Assembly (NCBI GenBank): GCA_964016885.1
Contig: OZ024740.1
Location: 119,722,001 to 119,786,000, forward strand
Reading direction: 5' to 3'
DNA from: Eledone cirrhosa
Taxonomy: Eukaryota
DNA length: 64,000 bases
Shown: piece by piece, positions 53,024 to 64,000 of the stretch
Layout: each line of letters begins with the position of its first letter
How positions within the stretch are numbered: position 1 is the stretch's first letter
The notes under the pieces: model-generated
Told to the model about the DNA's origin: nothing
Seen by the model: the letters and a program-made list of their open reading frames with translations, nothing else
Databases searched by the model: none
Position numbers and translations under genes: made by a program

Positions 53024-53940
53024 AAGAGGTTTATCCCAAAAGAAAGGGTCTGATATTTCTATGTACGACATGGTAAGACAGCACCTCAATGATGTATATA
53101 AGCGTGTTGGTTATGAACTTGGTTGCATGTACATACTTGTTTCAACATGATCGATTGAGTCAGTCATGAGATATTGCTGCATATGCACAGGCGTGTTTAT
53201 ATGTTCTGTTGGTGTGTCTGGTGATGGGATAACATCACCGACTAACTTTTAGGAAGTCTGCATAAGAAATGGGCTTCAATAAAATTGCAGAATTTTAACA
53301 GACAATTTGCACATGTGAAAAATGTGTGCCCTAAGTGAGGAGTGGCATATAAAAAATTCTCCTCATTCGAAGAAAGCAGGCATGAGCAAATCTAGATTAA
53401 AAACGATAATTATCATTTTTTTTCAACAGCAGTGGTATTGTTCACAATTAAATTTTACCTCCAGGGCAGGCAGTTAATCACAACTTCTACAAAGATGTTT
53501 TGGAAAGATTCTGGAAATGGGTCCAGCAAATTCAAATGAACATTGCAAGAGATTGGATACTACAACAGGCTAACGTGCCTTCTCACACAGTACTTTCAAT
53601 TTGAACATTTCTGGTAAAGAAAAACTTACCTAATCTTCCACATCCCTCCTACAGCCCAGATATAGTTCCATGTGATTTCTAATTCTTCCCTATGTTGAAA
53701 CCGAATTTGAAGGGGTCATTGTTTTGTGAGTGGGTATAACATATAAACAATTGTAACAGATGAGTTAAAGACACTCACAGAAAATGACTTCTCGTACCTT
53801 TATGGTCAATAGAAAAAAGGTTAGAACCATTTTCTGACTTCCCAAGGGTGGTGTTTGTGAGGGTGATAACTTGTAATTTCATGCACGTCTGATATACATT
53901 TAAATAAAAGATTAATACCCTTAATTTTGGGACAACCCTC
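53024..53940 (+). mobile_element. Degenerate mariner transposon
   Basis: Imperfect TIRs GAGGTTTATCCCAAAA / TTTTGGGACAACCCTC; transposase motif HPSYSPDIVPCDF..PMLK..LKG. Confidence 0.85.
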
Positions 53941-53956
53941 AATTATTTATATATAT

Positions 53957-54080
53957 ATTTAATAAAATAACAGATTAAAATTTAAGCAAAGAGTCGCTGC
54001 TTTCACCCTTAACGATTCTTTGCTTAAACTTTAATCTGCTATAAATATTTGCTCTATGGTTTTTATATATATTATCCTTG
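53957..54080. repeat. Foldback fragment of the 10845-14845 pLTR
   Basis: gattaaaatttaagcaaaga...tctttgcttaaactttaatc. Confidence 0.8.
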
Positions 54081-54564
54081 CCTTTTAAATACTAAATATA
54101 AAGGAGGTCATAAAATATATTTGTGGAAATATCATCTATCATTTACAATGAGAGAGTCCGCCCTCTCCCTCCACATATATATGTGTGTGTATATTTGTGT
54201 TTGTGCTTGTGTTTATGTCCAGTAACTTAGTGGTTCAACAATATGAGGTCAATAAAATAAGTACCATACTTTTAAAAAATGTATTGAATTTATATAATTG
54301 ATTTTGAGGTGGTCTTCTTGCATGGCCACAATCTAATCAATGAAGCCTGCATAAGAATAGAAGAATGTACATTTGCATATTGCATAAGTAATTGGTTTCA
54401 CAGATCAATATTGTACATCATGCTAATTACTAATTTGAGAGATTCAAGTGATAGGTGAATCTGATGTAAATAGTGTTATTTAGGTTAAGCATTGACCCTG
54501 TAGGTTAAGTTCTTAACTATGTAGTATGAAGTTTAAAAGAATGATTAACAAGATCTGAGACCCC

Positions 54565-54770
54565 ATTTACTTACCGAGTGTCAAATTGGACCAAGGAAAC
54601 AAAGTTTCCATTGGTTTTTCCATTGTTGATACTATCTACTGGTAGAGAGAGCAGCATGAAATAAAGCATCTTGGTCAAGAACATAATGCATTACCCGGTC
54701 CAGGAATCAAACTTGCAATCTTACGATTGCAAATCTATCTCTCTAACTTTTAAGCCATGCAGTTTCACTA
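54565..54770 (-). mobile_element. tRNA-derived SINE (family of 3482-3708)
   Basis: Shared tcaaat.ggacc.agg.aaca..gtttcc.ttgg and tgaaataaag..tcttg.tcaag..ggtccaggaatc. Confidence 0.7.
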
Positions 54771-56262
54771 AATAAATTAGTAACTGCATTGAGAAATAAA
54801 AATAATGTCAGAATTAAAATCATTTTGAAATTGTGTAAATAATTGACTGTTTTGGGTATTATTTTCATCTTTTGTATATCATTAATGGACTTGTATTAAG
54901 AGAATGTAGAGAATTTTGATGTAAATTTACCAAAATGATAGAATGAAAAATAGGCTACTATGTATGGGAGAAAGAAGGAAAAGAGAATGGAAGAGGGGGA
55001 GTGATACAGCTTATAATATTATTTACAGAGTACATGTAGAGTGTAAAATTCTAAGGGACTTAAATAAATCTCTTTAAAATCTGGGTTCATTTCCCACTGA
55101 GGTAAATATGTACCAGTAAAATACTATGGGGAATTGTAAATACACTATTTCTATCTCAGAAACTGTGTATGCTTTTCTGAAAATTATATTATTATCATCA
55201 TTTTATGTCTGTTTACATGCTGACATAGCTTAAATGGGTCATTACTGTTCAAGACTATACAGGTCAGAGAACTACATCTTGCTAATTTCATCCATAACTT
55301 TGTATGATTTCTATGGTTGGATGCCCTTCCCAATTCCAACCACCTTACAGTGTGTACTGGCTGCATTCTATTGTGGCACCAATATAAATCATATAATTCA
55401 AAAATATCTGATTACATCATGGGCAGAAGACATGCCTGTAAAATGTGGTTTTTGCAGAAGGATTGAGGAAAAAAACATTAGGCAATGCTATAGGTTTCTC
55501 TCCTCTATTCCAGGATAGAGAAGCAGAAGATAGTGGATCTTTTGCTGAAAATGATGATGGTGATAATGATGAGAAAAGTGATGATAACAATAATGTCAAG
55601 GGTCACGAGGACATGGATAATTAAAACAATGCTGTTAATGTTAATGATGATGATAATGACGAAGGAGATGAAAACCATACTGAAGATGACAATAATATTA
55701 TGAGGAAGATGGTGACAATGATGATGATGTTAATAATTGTTTCTACTTTTGGCACAAGGCCAGCAATTAACCAGTACATTACTGGTACTTTATTTTATCG
55801 ACCCTGTAAGGATGAAAGGCAAAGTTAACCTCGATGGGATTTGAACTCAGACCGTAAAGGGAAGTAACTATGCATGATGTTAGTAACGACTAATGTTCTA
55901 CACATGTTCAAAGACCCTTTCAACTTGGCCTTGCCTCTGAAATTAGTATGCTTTTATCAAATATCTGACTATTGTTATGTTTTCTTTGGTTACCAAAGAT
56001 CTAAAAGCAATCACTGAATTCTCCTCAAGACATGTTATAATAATTAGTGAAGCTTCCAGCTACAAAAGACTGACTTTTAATATGTTGAAATGTTCTGATG
56101 TTTTCTGTTCTAACAAAAGAACAACACAAAGAAAAACAAAATAGAAATAAAAAGAAAAGTAAAAATACTAAAAAAATATTGCTATTTTTCTTCTTTACAT
56201 CTAACAGGGTAAGCAAAAAAGAAAATAAACAACAGTAAAGAAACTCATGTATATATATATAT

Positions 56263-57147
56263 AAATAAATTATCGAGAATCGGAATTTCGGCCCACGAAA
56301 TAACGAAACACAATCTTCGAAATGCGTGGCAAAGGGCTCAATAGTTTGGATAAACCAGAGCTATAACTTTCGTTTAAATACCAACACACGGAGACAATGC
56401 TTAAAATCACTCGCACAGCCGAAAAAAACGACCAGGAAAATTCGGGTCAGACAAATAATAATATAAATGAATGAAAAATCTTTACCCGGACCCGCTAGAA
56501 TGATGGTAAATTCCAGCGTTTGGGATTCTGCGGTTCCTAAATCAGTTAACGTCAGCTTACATAAAAAATATTCGGCTTCTAGCAGAAAGATGAACGAGGA
56601 AAACCACTTTCTCAACAGGCATTTCGTTCGAATATACAGAAGAACCCGTTACTAGATCCACGTGGGGTTTAGCAAGGGAGGGAACCCCTATATTAGGCGA
56701 ATGAATTCAGCAGTGTATATATTTGTAAAAATACAATATATCACATATCGAATTAGAGTTCTCAACAGACGGGTTAAAATTAACATGAGCTATTCATCAG
56801 TCAATAAGATCAACTAAAAAATCAATAAAATTAACTGGTCAATAGCTAAAGACTGGAGATAAATACAAATAAATTATCGAGAATCGGAATTTCGGTCCAC
56901 GAAATAACGAAACACAATCTTCGAAATGCGTGGCAAAGGGCTCAATAGTTTGGATAAACCAGAGTTATAACTATCGTCGTTTAAATACCAACACACGGAG
57001 ACAATGCTTAAAATCACTCGCACAGCCGAAAAAAACGACCAGGAAAATTCGGGTCAGACAAATAATAATATAAATGAATGAAAAATCTTTACCCGGACCC
57101 GCTAGAATGATGGTAAATTCCAGCTTTTTGGTTTCTGCGGTTCCTTA
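56263..57147. repeat. Partial direct tandem duplication (~604-bp period) bounded by (TA)n; possibly a PLE-type partial tandem pLTR
   Basis: 56263-56540 is nearly identical to 56867-57147. Confidence 0.85.
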
Positions 57148-57281
57148 ATCTCTCTCTATATATATAATAATAAAAGGAATTCCAACTTTGTCTGATTTAC
57201 TCATTTTCTTTATAATCTTTTAAAATTATAATGATATTATAATGAAATAGTATGGTAGAATATTTAACCTTTAGTGTTAAT

Positions 57282-57320
57282 TGAACAAGTATTTTCATGC
57301 TTTCGCAATCTTCAGGTTCA
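57282..57320 (-). ncRNA. Hammerhead-like fold lacking stem II
   Basis: Minus strand: TGAAC-CTGAAGA-TTGC-GAAA-GCATGAAAATAC-TT-GTTCA. Confidence 0.45.
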
Positions 57321-57386
57321 TATTCAGTGGTGACAGTCAAGTTTACAATTTTCAACTGTTGAAATATATATACATATATATATTTT

Positions 57387-57455
<69 letters not shown>

Positions 57456-59816
57456 GGTGTAGACGATATTTGTTCGCAATTTTCAACTGCTAATTTTATG
57501 CAAATTCTTTTTACTTCCGTTGTCACTCTTGTCTTCATAAAAAAAAAAATATATATATATATATTGAAAGGATAACTCTTCATTGCATTTATTGGTAGGT
57601 GACGCGCGTTTCGCCACTGATCAGTTCAAGGTTCGATCTGTATCGATCTTACCCGAGTCAATAATCGGCAGCCGACGGACCCTTTAAAATGTTATAAGAA
57701 AATGAATACATGCTATGTGATAAAGTCAGAAGTTCATAAGTTGTACAATATGAGTTGTTTTGATTGGTGGAAAAGATCATAGGGATATATTGGCCTGTAG
57801 TGTATGTGGGGGTGGATGTGATGATAAGATGGTGGTGACGGTCGTTAGTGTGGGGTAGTGGATTGTCGGTAGACAGGTTGGCGTATATTTTTGGATGGTT
57901 ATTGTGTGGGGTGTGGTTGTGGTGTTGTTGTTTATTGTAGTGGTGGTGTGGTGGATGTGTTAGTGGTGTCAAGTCCATGAGAAGGTACATTTCTAGACAC
58001 TCTTAGTCCGACAAATAAGTTGTATATATATACATGCGCATATGTACTGACATATATACATACACACCTATATACACACACATACACGCGCCCACATACA
58101 TCCACACGTACATATATCTATATGCATATATACACACACATATATATGCTCATGCGCGCGTGTGGATATATATATAGAGGGGGGGGAGTATCGGTGGGGG
58201 TGGAGTAGTACAAAGATAGAGGGAGGGTGAGAGCCAATGGAGATGGTGTTGTACATATAGACATACACATACATACACACACACACATACACATATAGAT
58301 ATACACACATACACGTACACACAGATATACACATAAATGTATATATACATATACACACACACGTACATATTTATATATATATGTGTGTGTGTGTGTGTAT
58401 GCATATACATACGCACACATATATAAAATACTTACACACAGAGACACACACTTGCGTTGGTTCGAGAGGGAAGGTATGTGTTGGCGATGTTAATGCAGTT
58501 AATGAATGTTGAGGTATGGAGTTGTGCCTTGTGGTGGCGGTGGTGGAGTTGTGAGTGACAAAAATATACAGGATCGAATAATACAATGGGTTACAGGTTA
58601 AAAGGTGACATAGGGAACACGGGGGGGGGGGGGGGAGTTTGTGGACGTATAGCGATGTGTGTTGTGGTCATGGTGGTGGTGGTGTTGATGGAGTGATATG
58701 TTCAACAATATGATTACATGATCAGATGTTACCCTGGGTTACAGGGTAAAGCATAGTTAGAGGGCAAATGTAACATAGTCGTTCTGGGAGTTAGGGATGA
58801 TATGTGTTGATGATGTTAATGATGTTAATGATTGTTGAAGTATGTGGATGTATCTAGTGGTGGCGGTGGTGGTGTCTGCGACAGTACTTTTACAGGATCG
58901 AATATTGCGTGGGGTTGTAGGTTAGGGTAGACAGAGGGGACATGGGGGAGTAAGTTTGCTGGTGTGGGATGGTAGACATATAACGATGTGTGCGGTGGTA
59001 GTGGTGGTGGTGGTGGCAATGGGGTGATATCGGATGTTACTATGGTTTGCAAGGTAAAACCTGACAGAGAGGACAGATAGAACACAATGTTACAAAGATG
59101 AGGGGTGTATGGCGATGTGATTTTGGGAGGGGGTGATGTATGCGGCATGATATACAAAATACGGGCTTACAAATGGTTACATGGAATACAATAAAATAAA
59201 TTCACTGAGATGAGGGATGGTGAGACGGAGCAGAGGTGGTTATTATTATGCTGGGTCATGGTTATTGTGCGGCCCTCCGCAGAATGTTTGTGCAGAAAAT
59301 GTGTTCATCCTGGTGTGTCTGCAATTGACAATTATGTCTGACCTATAGTTTATGGCAGATTTTAATTTAATTTCTGCCGCCTCGACCAGGTATAACCTGC
59401 AGTGGTTTCTGTCACTTGGGAGTTGCGCCACGCGTCTTTTGACTGACCATGTGACCTGGGATTCGTTGTTCTTGTCCTTGAGGTTCCAGATCAAGTCGTA
59501 ACATCTGATCATGTAATCCTATTGTTGAACATATCACCCCATCACCACCACCACCACCATGACCACAACACACATCGCTATACGTCCACAACCCCCCCCC
59601 CCCCCGTGTTCCCTATGTCACCTTTTAACCTGTAACCCAACGTATCATTCGATCCTGTATATTTTTGTCGCTCACAACTCCACCACCGCAAGGCACAACT
59701 CCATACCTCAACATTCATTAACTGCATTAACATCGCCAACACATACCTTCCCTCTCGAACCAACGCAAGTGTGTGTATCTGTGTGTAAGTATTTTATATA
59801 TATGTGCATATGTATA

Positions 59817-59852
<36 letters not shown>

Positions 59853-59856
<4 letters not shown>

Positions 59857-60011
59857 AACCAGTAAGACCCCGACAGCTGAGCTCAAGCCGTTTCGACGGC
59901 TAATTCTCAGCTGTCGGGGTCTTACTGGTTCCTATTACCCACTCTACTACCTCAAGTATTGAGTACTTTGGTGCGTTATGGTCCACCTGGTTCCTTACCA
60001 CATTTCCTTCG

Positions 60012-60015
<4 letters not shown>
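59853..60015. repeat. Foldback insert, sister of 18682-18849
   Basis: ggaaccagtaagaccccgacagctgag / ctcagctgtcggggtcttactggttcc plus the same tail. Confidence 0.85.
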
Positions 60016-60044
<29 letters not shown>

Positions 60045-60047
<3 letters not shown>

Positions 60048-60620
60048 ATTTACATATACTTAAAGTTATAGATATATATGTGGCAACCGTTCACGATGTA
60101 GCTCAATGAAGAATTAATAAATTAAATAATCAGAGCAATATATCATAAATCATGTCCCTAGAATTATTAGATAAAATATATACAATTTCCTCTCCCAATT
60201 AGCATAATTAACCATATAAAAATCAATTAGACCAGGCTATAAGAATAAAGGCTCCTACGAAGAAATATTTGATAAATAACCGAAAGCAGCCTCTTCGCGG
60301 TTGACCACAATAGAGTATTTAATTACGGTATGTGCACATTAATTACGGTATGTGCACATTTCTTCTAACTTTAAATTTATACCTAATTGTGTATGGTTGA
60401 CGATGTATTTGGTCAGTTTCTACATGCTGTTGAAATGTTGGGAAAATACTCTATTGTGGTCAACCGCGAAGAGCCTGCTTTCGGTTATTTAGCAAATATT
60501 TCTTCATAGGAGCCTTTGTTCTTATAGACTGGTCTAATTGATTTTTATATGGTTAATTATGCTAATTGGGAGAGGAAATTGTATATATTTTTACTAATAA
60601 TTCTAGGGACATGATTTATG

Positions 60621-60625
<5 letters not shown>
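60045..60625. repeat. Inverted-repeat insert (~180-bp arms) with unpaired left tail
   Basis: 60141-60320 is the reverse complement of 60446-60625. Confidence 0.85.
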
Positions 60626-60654
<29 letters not shown>

Positions 60655-61558
60655 GTATATATACATATATGTGTATTTTGTGTGTACGTGTATGTGTGTA
60701 TATCTATATGTGTATGTGTGTGTATGTATGTGTATGTCTATATGTACAACACCATCTCCATTGGCTCTCACCCTCCCTCTATCTTTGTACTACGCCACCC
60801 CCACCGATACACCCTCTATATAGATCCACACGCGCGCATGAGCATATATATGTGTGTGTATATATGCATATAGATATATGTACGTGTGGATGTATGTGGG
60901 CGCGTGTATGTGTGTGTATATAGGTGTGTATGTATATATGTCAGTACATATGCGCATGTATATATATACAACTTATTTGTCGGACTAAGAGTGACTAGAA
61001 ATGTACCTCCTCATGGACTTGACACCACTAACACATCCACCACACCACCACTACAATAAACAACAACACCACAACCACACCCCACACAATAACCATCCAA
61101 AAATATACGCCAACCTGTCTACCGACAATCCACTACCCCACACCAACCCATCCCAGTCAGCGACCGTCACCACCATCTTATCATCACATCCACCCCCACA
61201 TACACTACAGGCCAATATATCGCTATGATCTTTTCCACCAATCAAAACAACTCATATTATCCAACTTATGAACTTCTGACTTTATCACATAGCATGTATT
61301 CATTTTCTTATAACATTTTAAAGGGTCCGTCGGCTGCCGATTATTGAGTCAGGTAAGATCGATACAGATCGAACCTTGAGCTGATCAGTGGCAAAACACG
61401 CGTCACCTACCAATAAATGAAATGACGGAGTAACCAATCGTCCTTGTTAACCTTTCAATATATTACACTCTGTATAGTTCTACACCTCAACACAGAAGTG
61501 AACCTAAACATCGAGTACTCTCCCGGGTGAACCTGCAGTAACTCCATGTTACACTCCC

Positions 61559-61602
<44 letters not shown>

Positions 61603-61610
<8 letters not shown>

Positions 61611-62040
61611 TAAACGGAATAGAAAATGCTGACAAATTGTTCACAGTTGAAAAATGGTTTAATTAGGAATAAAAGAGTATTAGTGATTGTATGGGTTAGT
61701 ATTCAGTTGTGGTTTTAAGTTTTTAAGTTTTTACCGGTTGCGCATTTCTAAATGCTTTTCAAAAATAATTTTGAGATAGAGTGTCCGTGCTGTTTGCCCA
61801 GATCAGAGCAAACAGCACGGACACTCTATCTCAAAATTATTTTTGAAAAGCATTTAGAAATGCGCAACCGGTAGAAACTTAAAAACTTAAAACCACAACT
61901 GAATACTAACCCATACAATCACTAATACTCTTTTATTCTAATTAAACCATTTTTCAACTGTGAACAATTTGTCAGCATTTTCTATTCCGTTTACCAATAT
62001 ATAATAACTTGTGTGTTACACCTCTATTCTTTTAACTATA
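61603..62040. repeat. Near-perfect ~400-bp palindrome in (TA)n with ~35-bp tail
   Basis: 61603-61797 is the reverse complement of 61808-62001; ~10-nt spacer. Confidence 0.95.
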
Positions 62041-62297
62041 TATATATATATATATATATATTACTCTTTTACTCTTTTACCTGTTTCAGCCATCCGGCTG
62101 AGGCCATGCTGGGGCATATTTTTTTTTCGGAATGTATTGACTGCTGTTTCTTGTAAACAGACATTCGTCTCATTCTGACGTCACTAGCTATGTTCTCCAT
62201 GTGTGTTTATTTTCATAATTCCACACGAGGTGCACTAGCCTGCTTTTAAATTCCCTTTCTGTCATATTTTAGTAGTAGTATTGGTTATCGTGTTTGA

Positions 62298-62378
62298 GCT
62301 CTACTGATGAACGACTCCAACCGTGACTAACCCCACTGAAAGGTTTCGTGAAATAGTCTTTTTAAGACTATATAGAGC
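62298..62378 (+). ncRNA. Canonical type I hammerhead ribozyme with full stem III
   Basis: GCTCTA-CTGATGA-ACGA..TCGT-GAAA-TAGTCTT-TTT-AAGACTA-TA-TAGAGC; predicted cleavage after A62372. Confidence 0.88.
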
Positions 62379-62608
62379 ATTTGTAGTTTTTCCAAATTGA
62401 ATAATTTTATTCTGAGTTAAGACTCTATTGGTTTTTTCCCAGGATTTCACAAAATCTGTGGATAAAATTTCTGTCTTGACTTTTTTTTTAATTGAGCTGG
62501 AATTATTTTCCCATATCTTACGTTAAATATTTTCCCTCTTCACGTTATAGTCACTTAAATATTATGAAATACTGTTGGCTTCTTGGTCACATTAATTTCT
62601 CTATTTTC

Positions 62609-62680
<72 letters not shown>

Positions 62681-62702
62681 ATATATAAATATATATATAT
62701 AT

Positions 62703-62906
62703 ATTTATTAAAATAACAGATTAAAGTTTAAGCGGATCTTCTGAAACTAAAAAAATCCCGTTAAGTGTGAAATCAGCGATTCTTTGCTTAAACTTTAATC
62801 TATTAATTTAATAAATATTTGCCCTAGTGTTCTTATATATTTGATATATATTTATCCTTATTGAGCCCTCTTTGGATTTTAGTCTTCAGATTTATTATTA
62901 TTACTA
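62703..62906. repeat. Foldback fragment of the 10845-14845 pLTR
   Basis: Short minus arm plus long plus arm ending cctctttggattttagtcttcagatttattattattac(TA)n. Confidence 0.85.
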
Positions 62907-62924
62907 TATATATATATATATATA

Positions 62925-63815
62925 TATAACAAACCCATGACTTCCAAATATCTGATCCACCGAAACTCAACTGATTCGGATCACACCAAAATCAACATAC
63001 GGATTGCAGATTTGGTATGGGTGATGAGAAACGTTCCCCGCATGTGCAACCCCAAAGAACTAGGTAGACACATACAACACTTCATCCACCGTATGCAGTT
63101 CTCTGGTTACAATCAGAGTGATAAAATAAGAGTATATAGAGGAGCCAGAACCAAATGGGAAAAAATGGTAAATAATGATACAAATGGGACCTGCCCCTTG
63201 TATAGGAGCAAATTTTGGAATAGAATAGAAAGAACTAGGAATAAGGTTAATAGAATAAACTCATTGTATGATAGCAATAAATACCAGAGTGTAATGTTCA
63301 TCAATACAGCCCTAGAGGTGAATTAGCTTACAAAATTAGAAGGGCCCTAGATAAACGTAAACTTAATATTAAGATAGTAGAAAGACCAGGTACCTCCATA
63401 AAAACACTTATTAGCAATACATACCCTTTTCAAAGACCTCCCTGTATAGATACAGACACCTGGATGTAACACATGTGCAAACTAAGTACACAACACACAC
63501 AGAAACAAGATGGCGTAGGACAGAACAAAGGAGAGGCACAAAACAAAGAAAAGAATACCCAGTCACTGAAGAGGTCACAGAATGTGTGACGAAAGAACTT
63601 TGACAATATATGAACAACCGTCCGGTTATGGAACCAACCAACCGGAAATTTATAAATTCTTAAATTTATAAATTTAATTTATAATAAATTGGAGTGAATG
63701 CAACTGGTGCGTGTGTTTCTTATTGACAACATGACCCTCCCAAAGTATAACAATATCGGTTTCAACACACGTTTTCAGATAAAGAATCTTGCTAAACAAA
63801 TTCAGAAACGAAATA
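62925..63815 (+). mobile_element. Internally deleted PLE of the 9676-10770 family, with hammerhead at 63561-63604
   Basis: KPMTSKYLIHRNS..MQFSGYN..VMFINT; GIY-YIG deleted near 63450; 3' UTR homologous to 10400-10770. Confidence 0.85.
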
Positions 63816-64000
63816 TATATATATATATTTATATATATATCATTATCAACATTTAATGCCCAACTAGCAAGGGGCCGATGGGTAGTCACAGAGCACATTG
63901 GTGTTTAGTCAGAGCTACAGACCCCTCAGATGGGCTGAGGATGCTTCACATATCACATATGTTCTGTCACTCTATTGAGTGCATTGGGCACATTTTACCA

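Larger units (their letters stand above)
57561..61560 (-). mobile_element. 5'-truncated PLE (GIY-YIG end at 59246-59500) with ~1.15-kb inverted arms; right arm split by nested inserts
   Basis: IWNLKDKN..WSVKRR..CRLYLVEA..INYRSD..CRH. 57561-58730 is the reverse complement of 59500-59820 plus 60630-61460. Confidence 0.85.

Overview
AT-rich animal genomic DNA made almost entirely of transposable elements and (TA)n/(CA)n microsatellites. The SINE/RTE repertoire suggests a cephalopod such as Octopus (inference). I found no host protein-coding gene that I can support, and most short ORFs in the track are microsatellite translations. Main contents: (1) a head-to-tail array of a ~1 kb non-autonomous Helitron (1-3237); (2) about ten families of Penelope-like retroelements (PLEs) and their pLTR-like fragments inserted in (TA)n, including a near-intact RT + GIY-YIG element with inverted pLTRs (10845-14845); (3) RTE LINEs carrying a PHD-like finger, CR1-like and CRE-like LINE fragments, mariners and tRNA-derived SINEs. 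The most notable signal is a dense set of type I hammerhead ribozyme folds read by eye in the PLE ends. One family has a fixed non-canonical CAGAAGA core and another copy has CCGAAGA. These inserts share an asymmetric inverted-arm architecture, and many unrelated families carry a YATYGAGY motif about 45-80 nt from their 3' end. All folds and alignments were done by eye and coordinates of degenerate elements are approximate.
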